Source: Bacteroidales bacterium (GTDB lineage: Bacteria > Bacteroidota > Bacteroidia > Bacteroidales > UBA4417). Taken from it: a stretch of DNA of 42,586 nt. The stretch is taken from positions 1 to 42,586 of the forward strand of contig DAONEL010000003.1 in the NCBI GenBank assembly GCA_035403045.1, written 5' to 3'. The notes beneath the pieces were generated by a model. That model was not told the origin of the DNA and did not search any database. It saw nothing but the letters and a program-made list of their open reading frames with translations. Numbering within the stretch: position 1 is the stretch's first letter; each line of letters begins with the position of its first letter. Positions 1 through 8,805 of this stretch are shown here, one piece after another. A program made the translations under genes and the position numbers.

Positions 1-23
1 TAAATAATCCATCCGTTCTTCTT

Positions 24-61
24 AAAAAAAGGCTGTTTTGGTTATCCAATACAGCCTTTTT
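24..61 (-). terminator. Intrinsic terminator downstream of uvrB
   Basis: AAAGGCTGT (28-36) pairs with ACAGCCTTT (51-59), with inner TTGG/CCAA pairing. On the minus strand the hairpin is followed by a T-run (complement of A24-A30). It lies 25 nt past the uvrB stop. Confidence 0.6.
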
Positions 62-85
62 CGTTGATAAACAATTCGAAATATC

Positions 86-2119
86 TTATAGCGACTTCCT
101 CTTGTCAAGCAGATCCTTATACGCCAGCATTTCATCACGCAGTCGCGCTGCTTCAATAAAATCGAGTTCCTTGGCTGCTTTTTCCATAGCCCGCCGGGTT
201 TGATCAACCATTTTCTTCAACTGGTCGGTAGGCATATACCCGATCACCGGATCGGCAGCGGCACTTATTTTTTCGCTCTCCACATAAGCTGCGGGCTGAG
301 GTTTTGCTTTGGCATCAGCAACAGCTGTTTGACCCATGATTTGCTCAGTACTTTTAATAATTGGCGTTGGTGTGATATTATACTTCTGATTGTAAGCTAT
401 CTGTTTTTCACGGCGGCGGCTTGTTTCATCGATGGCACGCCGCATCGAATCAGTGATTTTGTCAGCATAAAAGATCACCCTGGCGTTCAGGTTCCGGGCT
501 GCGCGGCCCGCAGTTTGTGTAAGCGACCGTTCCGAACGAAGGAAACCTTCCTTATCGGCATCAAGAATTGCCACCAGCGAAACTTCCGGCAGATCGAGGC
601 CTTCTCGAAGCAGGTTTACGCCGACAAGCACATCAAATGAACCCATGCGCAGTTCACGCAGGATGTCAATGCGGTCGAGCGTGTCAACCTCGCTGTGAAT
701 GTACTGGCACCTGATGCCCAGCCTGGAGAGATACTTGGTCAGTTCTTCGGCCATTCTTTTTGTAAGTGTAGTAACCAGTGTGCGCTCGCCTTTCTGAATT
801 CGTTGTTCAATTTCATCAAGCAGGTCGTCCATCTGGTTGAGGCTCGGCTTCACTTCAATGAGCGGGTCAAGCAAGCCGGTCGGCCTGATGAGCTGCTCCA
901 CAACCACTCCCTGGCTTTGCTGAAGTTCATAATCGGCAGGAGTAGCGCTCACATAGATAACCTGTGAATACATCGATTCAAATTCCTCGAACTTCAAAGG
1001 GCGGTTATCCATGGCTGAAGGTAGCCTGAAACCGTATTCAACAAGGGTTTGCTTGCGCGAACGGTCACCTCCGTACATAGCCCTGATCTGCGGTACCGTC
1101 ACATGACTTTCATCAATCACCATCAGGAAATCATCAGGAAAATAGTCGAGGAGGCAGAATGGCCGGGCTCCTGGAACTCTGCCGTCAAAATACCTGGAAT
1201 AGTTTTCAATACCTGAGCAATATCCGAGTTCCCTGAGCATTTCAACATCATAAGTTACACGGTCTTCAAGCCGCTTGGCCTCGAGATTATGGTTCAGTGA
1301 CTTGAAATACTCCACCTGCTTAACCATGTCTGTTTGTATGTCCCACAAGGCATCTTTCATCTTATCTTTCGAGGTGACAAAAATATTGGCAGGAAAGAGC
1401 ACCAGGCTAGGGACTTCTTCAATTATTCTCCCATTCAGGGGATCGAACGAGTGGATGCTTTCAATCTCGTCGCCAAACATGATCACACGGTATGCAATGT
1501 CAGCGTAAGCCGGGAAAATATCAATGGTATCGCCTTTAACCCTGAATTTACCTCGTGTAAGATCAAGCTCGGTGCGGGAGTATAGTGCATCAACCAGTGC
1601 ATAGAGCAGCTTATTCCGGCTTACACGGCTTCCGGTTTCAATTCTGATGACGTTATTGGTAAAATCATCCGGGTTACCGATACCATAAATACATGATACA
1701 GAGGATACTACAATTACATCCCTGCGGCCCGACAGAAGCGCTGAAGAGGCACTCAGTCTTAGTTTTTCGATCTCTTCGTTGATCGAAAGATCCTTTTCAA
1801 TGTATGTGTTAGTGACAGGTATAAAAGCTTCCGGCTGATAATAGTCGTAATACGAAACGAAATATTCAACAGCATTCTCAGGAAAAAACTGTTTGAATTC
1901 ACCATAAAGCTGTGCAGCCAGTGTCTTGTTGTGGCTCAACACAAGGGTGGGCCGCCCGATTTCCTTGATAACATTGGCTATTGTGAATGTCTTACCTGAT
2001 CCGGTAACACCAAGCAGCACCTGGGCCTGATCACCGCTGTTCAATCCCAGCACTAACTGGCGGATTGCTTCGGGCTGGTCGCCGGTCGGCATATAATCGG
2101 ATGTAAGCTTAAACTGCAT
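86..2119 (-). CDS. uvrB: Excinuclease ABC subunit B (UvrB)
   Basis: 677-aa ORF. N-terminus MQFKLTSDYMPTGDQPEAI, Walker A GVTGSGKT, helicase motif DESH, and a C-terminal UVR motif (ELDFIEAARLRDEM). Confidence 0.97.
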   Translation of the reverse strand: MQFKLTSDYMPTGDQPEAIRQLVLGLNSGDQAQVLLGVTGSGKTFTIANVIKEIGRPTLVLSHNKTLAAQLYGEFKQFFPENAVEYFVSYYDYYQPEAFIPVTNTYIEKDLSINEEIEKLRLSASSALLSGRRDVIVVSSVSCIYGIGNPDDFTNNVIRIETGSRVSRNKLLYALVDALYSRTELDLTRGKFRVKGDTIDIFPAYADIAYRVIMFGDEIESIHSFDPLNGRIIEEVPSLVLFPANIFVTSKDKMKDALWDIQTDMVKQVEYFKSLNHNLEAKRLEDRVTYDVEMLRELGYCSGIENYSRYFDGRVPGARPFCLLDYFPDDFLMVIDESHVTVPQIRAMYGGDRSRKQTLVEYGFRLPSAMDNRPLKFEEFESMYSQVIYVSATPADYELQQSQGVVVEQLIRPTGLLDPLIEVKPSLNQMDDLLDEIEQRIQKGERTLVTTLTKRMAEELTKYLSRLGIRCQYIHSEVDTLDRIDILRELRMGSFDVLVGVNLLREGLDLPEVSLVAILDADKEGFLRSERSLTQTAGRAARNLNARVIFYADKITDSMRRAIDETSRRREKQIAYNQKYNITPTPIIKSTEQIMGQTAVADAKAKPQPAAYVESEKISAAADPVIGYMPTDQLKKMVDQTRRAMEKAAKELDFIEAARLRDEMLAYKDLLDKRKSL

Positions 2120-2142
2120 CTTTTTTTGTCAATGGAGAATGG

Positions 2143-3291
2143 TTATCTGTCATTATTACCGGCTTTTGTCTCGATGTGGGCGATGATAGGATAATGGTCG
2201 GAATACGACTTTCTTACGACATCGAATCCGCTTACCTTGAGTGACTTGCTTATCATAATGTAATCAATTCTCAGCCAGGGTAATACTTCTGTATAAGTCT
2301 GGCCAATTCCTTTCCCTGCCAGAACAAATGCATCATCAAGATTATTTGTCAGTTTTTTGTAAGCAAAGGATGCCGGGGTATCGTTCAGGTCGCCACAAAA
2401 AATTACCGGGTACGGCGATTCTGTAATAAGATGCTCAATGACAGGTAACTGTGATGACCGCTTAATGAAAGCACTTTTAATTTTTCTTAAAATTGCCCGT
2501 GATTTCTGCTGATAATTTATCGTAGAATCATTCAATGAATTCCATTCAGTAACAAGGCTGAAATCTTCCTTTCCAAGTTTCACTGATTCGAGGTGAGTAT
2601 TGATAACTCGTAAAGTATCAGTGCCCTTAACAATATCGCTCACCAGGCAGAAATTCACGTCACTGTTTATAAATCCGACCTTTTCAGTAAAAATAATCGG
2701 GTATTTGCTAAAAGTGGCCTGACCAACAGGTAATTCCCTGCCTCCAGAGTGAATGAATGAAATATAATTATATTCCGCAGATATTGCTTTTGAGATTGTA
2801 TCGGCATAATCTGCTTTTAATCCTTTGCCGCTGTAATATTCCTGCAGGCACAGGATATCAGGTGATTCCGTTTTGATAAGGTCGAAAATAGCCTGCCTCA
2901 TCTCCCGGTGACTGTTCCCTTTCCAACCGTATAGATTGAACAACCTGACGTTATAAGACATCACTTTTAATCCATCTTCTGAATCAGTCACTCCGTTGTG
3001 CGAACCAAAGCTGAAAAAGGAAACCAGGTAATTATAGCCGAGAACTATTGTAATAAGTGAAAGAAGGAAAAACGGCTTGAGAAACACCAGCCAGAACAGC
3101 AGAAAAAAAATATTGATAATGAGAAAGACCGGGTAAGCGAGTCCTGCAAAAGCAACCGGCCAGAAGTATCCGGGTGAAATAAAGCGGCTGGAGTAGGAGA
3201 GGAGTAACAGGAGAACAGCGATCCAGTTCAGAAACAGCATAGTACGCGTTCCAAACGATCGTTTCTTGCTACTATTTCCAGCTTTCTTCAC
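2143..3291 (-). CDS. Membrane-anchored endonuclease/exonuclease/phosphatase (EEP) family protein
   Basis: 382-aa ORF. Several N-terminal TM helices, then EEP-fold motifs (MSYNVRLFN, ILCLQE, GDLND, SDHYPI). Confidence 0.85.
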   Translation of the reverse strand: MKKAGNSSKKRSFGTRTMLFLNWIAVLLLLLSYSSRFISPGYFWPVAFAGLAYPVFLIINIFFLLFWLVFLKPFFLLSLITIVLGYNYLVSFFSFGSHNGVTDSEDGLKVMSYNVRLFNLYGWKGNSHREMRQAIFDLIKTESPDILCLQEYYSGKGLKADYADTISKAISAEYNYISFIHSGGRELPVGQATFSKYPIIFTEKVGFINSDVNFCLVSDIVKGTDTLRVINTHLESVKLGKEDFSLVTEWNSLNDSTINYQQKSRAILRKIKSAFIKRSSQLPVIEHLITESPYPVIFCGDLNDTPASFAYKKLTNNLDDAFVLAGKGIGQTYTEVLPWLRIDYIMISKSLKVSGFDVVRKSYSDHYPIIAHIETKAGNNDR

Positions 3292-3325
3292 AATATACGG
3301 TTTACTTCAACCAGGCTGTTTATCA

Positions 3326-4252
3326 CTATTTCTTACTGGATTTAAACAGGAACTCTTTCTCTTCTTTAGATAGTGTTGAGTATCCTGATTTCGCAATTTT
3401 ATCAAGAATATTATCTATTTTCTGCTGGTTTTCAGCTCTTTGGGCGTTATACTCTTCATCTGATAACGGTTTTCCGGTCGCATGTACCTTCTTGAATTTT
3501 ACTTTTCTGGGCCTTGCATACCCGGTTTTCTTATTCCCCTTATCAAACAGGCTCAGTACTCTTGCAGGATCAAGGCCTTTACGGATAAGCAATGCATAAG
3601 ATATTCCCCATAAAGCGCCTCCCAGGTGGGCAAAATGTCCGCCCGCATTCCCCGATCGTATCATAAGTATATCCATAACTACCATCACAATGGCTATATA
3701 CTTGATTTTCAACTTTCCGATAAACATCAGGTTAATGGTATAATCGGGCACTACAAACGAGATCATGATTACGATAGCCAACACCGAAGCTGAGGCTCCA
3801 AGGGCAATGGATTGACCTACAGTTGAACTGAAAACCGGGAAAATATTATATGCCGCCATGAATACCAGCCCCCCGGCTATGCCGCCAAGCAGGTATGCCG
3901 TTAACAATTGACGGCTGCTGAGGAATTCAAGGAAAATCTTCCCAAACCAATACAACCAAAACATATTGAACAGCATGTGCCAGAATTCGATATGCAGGAA
4001 CATATAGGTGATGATGGTCCATGGCCGCGCCAGCAGGCCAGGCACCGAGGCCGGAATGGCAAGCCATGTCTGAACATTTTGAATCCAGAATATCTCAGAA
4101 TCGTTTCCGGGCACCTTATATAGAAATGCAATGATGCGCCCGAGATATATGATCAGCCACACGGCGATATTAATAAGTAACAGCTTGGGCAACATACTGT
4201 TGCTCCTAAAAAAGCTTTTAATCCTTTCGCCCGGCGATTGTGTAGTGTACAT
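3326..4252 (-). CDS. Rhomboid family intramembrane serine protease
   Basis: 308-aa polytopic ORF. HIEFWHMLFN (HxxxxHxxxN), GASAS serine motif, AHLGG histidine motif, and a lysine-rich soluble C-terminal tail. Confidence 0.88.
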   Translation of the reverse strand: MYTTQSPGERIKSFFRSNSMLPKLLLINIAVWLIIYLGRIIAFLYKVPGNDSEIFWIQNVQTWLAIPASVPGLLARPWTIITYMFLHIEFWHMLFNMFWLYWFGKIFLEFLSSRQLLTAYLLGGIAGGLVFMAAYNIFPVFSSTVGQSIALGASASVLAIVIMISFVVPDYTINLMFIGKLKIKYIAIVMVVMDILMIRSGNAGGHFAHLGGALWGISYALLIRKGLDPARVLSLFDKGNKKTGYARPRKVKFKKVHATGKPLSDEEYNAQRAENQQKIDNILDKIAKSGYSTLSKEEKEFLFKSSKK

Positions 4253-4271
4253 TGTTGATTATCAACTGATA

Positions 4272-5156
4272 TTAATAACCGGTACTGTCCCAGTATTGAT
4301 TCCTTTTCTTTCTGTCAGTTCGTCGCCAAAGCAAAATCAGTACTATCCCGAAGATCATTCCGCCAAGGTGGGCGAAATGTGCGACATTATCACCAGGCCT
4401 CCAAATGGCCGAAAACAGTTCGAGTGCACCGTAAAACACTACAAACCACTTAGCTTTCATGGGGAACAAAAAGTAAATGTATATCATGGAATTCGGGAAC
4501 ATCATTCCAAAAGCGAGCAACAATCCGTAAATAGCTCCTGAAGCGCCCACCACAACAGGCATATTTAGAAAATGTTCCCTGTATTCCGATACAAAATTCA
4601 CACAACCTTGTAATGCCTGCACATTTTGATGGTCCTGGGTAAGAACAGCATAATCAGACTGGAATTTTTGAAATTGAGTCCAGATTTCTCCTGAATTATC
4701 ACTGATAATGAATTTGTGTGATGTTATAAACGCATTAAGTGATTGAAAGTCAGGGTGACTGATAAAGACATTCATGGCTGTTAATACCGGGTCAACCTGG
4801 AAATAGAAAACCAGGTAATGGATAAGTGCAGCACCGATTCCGGTAACAAAATAATAAACCAGAAACCGCTTTGGCCCCCAGAAATTCTCCAGAGCGCTGC
4901 CAAACATCCATAACGCAAACATATTGAAGAAGATATGCGTTAAATTTCCATGCATGAACATGTAAGTAACAAACTGGTAAACATGGAATTTTTGAGATGC
5001 AAAATAGTGCAGGCCGAGCATATCGGACAGATCGATAGAACCGATGCTGTCAAATACAATCATGGCCAGAAAAAACAAGCCATTGATAATCAGCAGGTTC
5101 TTAACAACTGGAGGCAAAACCCTGAAACCGGTCGGACTATATTGTTCGTAGCTCAT
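4272..5156 (-). CDS. Rhomboid family intramembrane serine protease (paralog with internal soluble insertion)
   Basis: 294-aa ORF. HGNLTHIFFN, GASGAIYG, AHLGG. About 80 aa of non-hydrophobic insertion lie between the TM2/3 region and the GxSG helix. Confidence 0.88.
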   Translation of the reverse strand: MSYEQYSPTGFRVLPPVVKNLLIINGLFFLAMIVFDSIGSIDLSDMLGLHYFASQKFHVYQFVTYMFMHGNLTHIFFNMFALWMFGSALENFWGPKRFLVYYFVTGIGAALIHYLVFYFQVDPVLTAMNVFISHPDFQSLNAFITSHKFIISDNSGEIWTQFQKFQSDYAVLTQDHQNVQALQGCVNFVSEYREHFLNMPVVVGASGAIYGLLLAFGMMFPNSMIYIYFLFPMKAKWFVVFYGALELFSAIWRPGDNVAHFAHLGGMIFGIVLILLWRRTDRKKRNQYWDSTGY

Positions 5157-5165
5157 TGACGATAA

Positions 5166-7013
5166 TTATTGGAATAGTTTTTCAATTTCCTGAACCGGAA
5201 GAATTTTTATGATCCGGCTTCCGTCAAATGCAATTTCAGGTGACTGGCAGGCAAAAAGCTCATCAACAATGGATTGCATTTCAGGTTGTTTGAGTGGACG
5301 GTAAAACTTCTGTGCTATGTTTCGTGCTACCATCGCAGCCACGGCAGGTTGCTTGTCCATGGCCAGCAGCGGCTTGTTGTTCTTGAAATTCTCAATCAGG
5401 TTTTCGATAAAGCCTTCAGGCTGAATTGATTTCATTGCTGCAGGTACACTATTCAGCAGGAAAGTGCCATCCCCAAGATCTGAGATTTCAAAGCCAAAGC
5501 GGTCAAGGTCGGGCAACATTTCTTCAAATATAGATGCATCAGCCGCTGACAAATGAATGGTTTGAGGAAACAAACAACGCTGTTTTTCACCGTTACCTGA
5601 TGCAAGCGACGTTGTAAGTCTCTCATATTCTATGCGTTCAATCGCCTTTTGCTGATCAATCATCATTACCCCCGAACGAATAACCGCCACTATATAACGG
5701 TTATGAACCTGCAAAAGTTTTGTTGTGGCTTCACCAGGCTCGCGGTTGTCATCAAAAAGACGATTACCCTGCTGATTATCCTCCGGTTGAACCGGCGTAG
5801 CCATTGTTCCTGCATCAGCCCTGGCCGGAGTCATGTTAATCTCAAAAAGTTTTTCCCAGCCTTCACGGTTTGCACTCATTCCAGCGCCGCTACCTGAGGG
5901 TCTGGGATTACTAAATGGGTTGTAATCGGGGTTTACCTTGATAGTGGGCGGTTTGGGCTGATAATTGGCCGGCATCCTGATATCGAAACTTTGCTCTGTA
6001 TCAAAATCAAGTGTCGGTGCAAGACTGAACATTCCAAGCGAGTGTTTTACTGCCGACCTTACTGCGGCATACACCAGTTGTCCGTACTGGAAATTAACCT
6101 CCGTTTTTGTCGGATGTATGTTCACATCTATCGAGCCGGGATCAACCTCAAGTCCAATGAAATAGGTAGGGTAAGCCGAATCAGGAATCAGTTCCTGATA
6201 AGCCTGTTCTACCGCATGATTCAGATACGGATGGCGGATAAAGCGGCCGTTGGCAAACAGGTACTGTTCTCCCTTGGTTTTCCGGGCTGTTTCAGGTTTC
6301 CCGATGAATCCGCTGATGGTCACTTGCTCGGTCACAAGTTCAACCGGAACCAGCTTTTCGTTCATCGGGTTGCCGAAAATACTGACAATCCGCTGCTTAA
6401 GGTTCGATTTATTCAACTGGAAAACCAGTTTATCGTTGTGATGGAGTGAAAGTTCAATGTCGGGGTGTATCAGCGCAACTCGCTGAAATTCTTCAATGAT
6501 ATGCCTGAATTCAATCACATCCGACTTCAGGAAATTCCGCCTGGCGGGTACATTGTAAAATAAGTTCTTCACCGCGATGGATGTGCCTGCCGAACAAGCT
6601 GTCTCTTCCTGCAATTTTACTTTTGAGCCTTCGATGAGTAGAAACGTTCCCACTTCGTCGCTTTCTTTCCTCGATTTCATTTCCACCTGTGCTATGGCAG
6701 CGATCGAAGCGAGGGCTTCACCCCTGAAACCAAAAGTGCGGATCGCAAAAAGGTCTTTGGCGCTGTTTATTTTAGAAGTCGCATGGCGTTCGAAACTCAT
6801 ACGGGCATCAGTCGCCGACATGCCGCATCCGTTATCAATCACTTGGAGTAAAGTCTTGCCGGCATCTTTGGCAATAATACGAATGATAGTAGCACCCGCA
6901 TCAATGGCATTCTCCAGCAACTCCTTGATTGCTGATGCAGGCCGCTGAATAACTTCTCCGGCTGCGATCTGGTTCGCGACCGAATCCGGCAATAACCTGA
7001 TTATATCGGGCAT
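5166..7013 (-). CDS. mutL: DNA mismatch repair protein MutL
   Basis: 615-aa ORF. GHKL ATPase motifs (VANQIAAGEVIQRPASAIKELLENAIDAG, DNGCGM, FGFRGEAL) and a C-terminal dimerisation/endonuclease region. Confidence 0.97.
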   Translation of the reverse strand: MPDIIRLLPDSVANQIAAGEVIQRPASAIKELLENAIDAGATIIRIIAKDAGKTLLQVIDNGCGMSATDARMSFERHATSKINSAKDLFAIRTFGFRGEALASIAAIAQVEMKSRKESDEVGTFLLIEGSKVKLQEETACSAGTSIAVKNLFYNVPARRNFLKSDVIEFRHIIEEFQRVALIHPDIELSLHHNDKLVFQLNKSNLKQRIVSIFGNPMNEKLVPVELVTEQVTISGFIGKPETARKTKGEQYLFANGRFIRHPYLNHAVEQAYQELIPDSAYPTYFIGLEVDPGSIDVNIHPTKTEVNFQYGQLVYAAVRSAVKHSLGMFSLAPTLDFDTEQSFDIRMPANYQPKPPTIKVNPDYNPFSNPRPSGSGAGMSANREGWEKLFEINMTPARADAGTMATPVQPEDNQQGNRLFDDNREPGEATTKLLQVHNRYIVAVIRSGVMMIDQQKAIERIEYERLTTSLASGNGEKQRCLFPQTIHLSAADASIFEEMLPDLDRFGFEISDLGDGTFLLNSVPAAMKSIQPEGFIENLIENFKNNKPLLAMDKQPAVAAMVARNIAQKFYRPLKQPEMQSIVDELFACQSPEIAFDGSRIIKILPVQEIEKLFQ

Positions 7014-7076
7014 TTAGTAACTGTTTAACTGCTGCTTTAGAATGATAATTTACGCTTTGATGTAACTCTTTAAATA

Positions 7077-7346
7077 TCAGATGAAAAAGATCAGGTAAAG
7101 CAACAAAAATACGAGCGCAATGGCAATGGCAAGCCCGCGCATATTCTTTAAGGTTCTTGATTCCGTGTTTCTCCTTCGTTTCCACGATTGTTCCATCTTC
7201 TGCCTAAGATCACCTGAAACGGGTTCCTGCGATCCTTCCATAATTTTCTTCATTTTTCCTTCAAATTCATCATCCGATTTATTGTAGAACAATGGTTTGT
7301 AATCAAACTTTCTTGGTTTGGGTGTTCTGAAGCCTATGAGAGCCAT
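7077..7346 (-). CDS. Small hypothetical protein with a single C-terminal TM helix
   Basis: 89-aa ORF directly upstream of mutL on the same strand. Hydrophobic tail GLAIAIALVFLLLYLIFFI. Minus-strand TAnnTTTG boxes at 7403-7410 and 7414-7421 lie upstream of it. Confidence 0.55.
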   Translation of the reverse strand: MALIGFRTPKPRKFDYKPLFYNKSDDEFEGKMKKIMEGSQEPVSGDLRQKMEQSWKRRRNTESRTLKNMRGLAIAIALVFLLLYLIFFI

Positions 7347-7402
7347 ATCGCATCCTTTCTTGTTATACCATTCGTTGTGTTGAAAAAGTCGGTGTTAACC
7401 TG

Positions 7403-7421
7403 CAAAGTTACCTCAAATTTA
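7403..7421 (-). promoter_or_regulatory. Two Bacteroidota-type -7 boxes (TAACTTTG, TAAATTTG) for the small ORF/mutL transcript
   Basis: The forward strand reads CAAAGTTA (7403-7410) and CAAATTTA (7414-7421). Both are exact TAnnTTTG on the minus strand, 57-75 nt upstream of the start at 7346. Confidence 0.45.
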
Positions 7422-7425
7422 TATG

Positions 7426-7433
7426 TATGTTTG
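7426..7433 (+). promoter_or_regulatory. Bacteroidota-type -7 box TATGTTTG for the GroES-like gene
   Basis: Exact TAnnTTTG. It overlaps the ORF-track start at 7427, which argues that the real start is the ATG at 7484. Confidence 0.5.
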
Positions 7434-7483
7434 TAGTTCACTACGAAAATACTACTATATCCCCGGATATAAACAGCGTTATA

Positions 7484-7855
7484 ATGAATAAGCTTGACAA
7501 ATTAATTGTTGTAGGAGATAAAGTACTTATTAAGCCCAAAGCATTAAACAGCAGGACCAAAGGCGGGCTATTCCTCCCTCCGGGATACTCTGAAAAGGAA
7601 GAACTCCTGACGGGCTACATCATAAAGATCGGACCTGGTTACCCGATCCCTTATGTGATGGATGACGATAATGAGCCCTGGAAAAAGCATGGTGAAGAAA
7701 AAGTACGTTACATTCCCTTGCAGGCAAAAGTGGGCGACAAAGCCATTTTCCTGCAAAAGGGCGCCATCGAGATCGTGTATGATGATGAAAAATATTACAT
7801 CGTTCCCCAGCACTCAATCCTGTTGCTCGAGCGCGACGAGTCATTGTTTGAATAG
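7484..7855 (+). CDS. GroES/Cpn10-family co-chaperone-like protein (orphan, no adjacent groEL)
   Basis: The ORF frame spans 7427-7855. I chose the ATG at 7484 because of the upstream -7 box. GroES-like layout: GDKVLIKP, mobile-loop-like SRTKGGLFLP, KVGDKAIF, with an insertion (PYVMDDDNEPWKKHGEEKV). Confidence 0.75.
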   Translation: MNKLDKLIVVGDKVLIKPKALNSRTKGGLFLPPGYSEKEELLTGYIIKIGPGYPIPYVMDDDNEPWKKHGEEKVRYIPLQAKVGDKAIFLQKGAIEIVYDDEKYYIVPQHSILLLERDESLFE

Positions 7856-7879
7856 GCTCGATATCAGGTATATAAAAAC

Positions 7880-7904
7880 AAAGCCCCTCACGATAAGGGG
7901 CTTT
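7880..7904. terminator. Bidirectional hairpin terminator between convergent genes
   Basis: AAAGCCCCT (7880-7888), loop CACGATA, AGGGGCTTT (7896-7904). It sits between the GroES-like stop (7855) and the DUF6580-like stop (7927). Confidence 0.6.
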
Positions 7905-7926
7905 GCAATTTAATATCGAGGGCAAT

Positions 7927-8454
7927 CTACGCTTCTTTAAATACCGACACCCTTGAAGTGATGAGATAATAGGCGCCGAAAAGGATTCCATTGTAAAACA
8001 GGTCACCCATCATGCCATTCCACAGGAAAGGAAGTCCGGCTGCATAGGAAGCAGCAAGTCCGGCAGTAGTATGCGGGTAAGGCACCAGCCCTGAATACCA
8101 TACGGCAAAATTAGTGACAAGGAAAAAAAGCAGGGAAGAAGCCAGTGAGGCGATCACCACTCCGTGAACAGAAACCATACGCCGGAGAACAAATCCCATG
8201 GCAACGATGATTATAAAACTGGCGTAAACAGCAATCATAGTGCTGTGAAAACCTAGAAACAGGTCACTGATGAGCAGAGCTGAAACCGGGATAATGAAAG
8301 CCAACTCTTTCCGCTTGAGATAGGTTCCGCCAAACAGTGCTATGGCTGCAATGGGGGTAAAATTGGGCCAATGCGGTATAAGGCGCATCATTGCCCCTGT
8401 AAGTATCAGTGTAACAATCAGGTAAAAGCGTGTCGTAAGTATTTTATTTCCCAT
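7927..8454 (-). CDS. DUF6580-family integral membrane protein
   Basis: 175-aa polytopic ORF with the family-typical RLIPHWPNFTPIAAIALFGGTY N-terminal signature. Confidence 0.8.
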   Translation of the reverse strand: MGNKILTTRFYLIVTLILTGAMMRLIPHWPNFTPIAAIALFGGTYLKRKELAFIIPVSALLISDLFLGFHSTMIAVYASFIIIVAMGFVLRRMVSVHGVVIASLASSLLFFLVTNFAVWYSGLVPYPHTTAGLAASYAAGLPFLWNGMMGDLFYNGILFGAYYLITSRVSVFKEA

Positions 8455-8476
8455 TGCTGATTTTGTTGTGATTCCG

Positions 8477-8484
8477 CAAAAATA
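8477..8484 (-). promoter_or_regulatory. -7 box TATTTTTG for the DUF6580 gene
   Basis: The forward strand reads CAAAAATA, an exact TAnnTTTG on the minus strand 23 nt upstream of the start at 8454. This implies a short leader. Confidence 0.45.
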
Positions 8485-8703
8485 ATAAAAAACTATCGCT
8501 TTCTAAACGAATATTATTTTCTCGTGAGTCTGTCTTTTCTGAACCATAATTTAGTCGCTGCAACGATTAACCACAATGGAGTTTACTTTTCTCACATAAT
8601 GTCATTTCATTGGGTCTCAACAATCATTTGGGCGTTCTCAATACCCGATAAATCACCTTTATAGAACACAGCAGTTAAGGAAACTTTTTTCATTACATGT
8701 CTG

Positions 8704-8711
8704 TAGCTTTG
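8704..8711 (+). promoter_or_regulatory. -7 box TAGCTTTG for the amidohydrolase gene
   Basis: Exact TAnnTTTG ending 2 nt before the ORF-track ATG at 8713. Translation therefore probably starts at the ATG at 8806. Confidence 0.45.
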
Positions 8712-8805
8712 TATGAAAAATAAAAGCAAGGTGTTCACTGCCTCTCATCATCTTTGCGTGAAACCTGATTATATCTCTACCTTTGCCGTGGAAAAAAACC
8801 ACTCA

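Noticed and set aside
8455-8712. A possible riboswitch (for example cobalamin) upstream of the DUF6580 membrane protein in the 350-nt divergent intergenic region.
   Set aside because: A minus-strand -7 box at 8477-8484 implies a leader of only about 15-20 nt. I found no B12-box or other riboswitch core on the minus strand.
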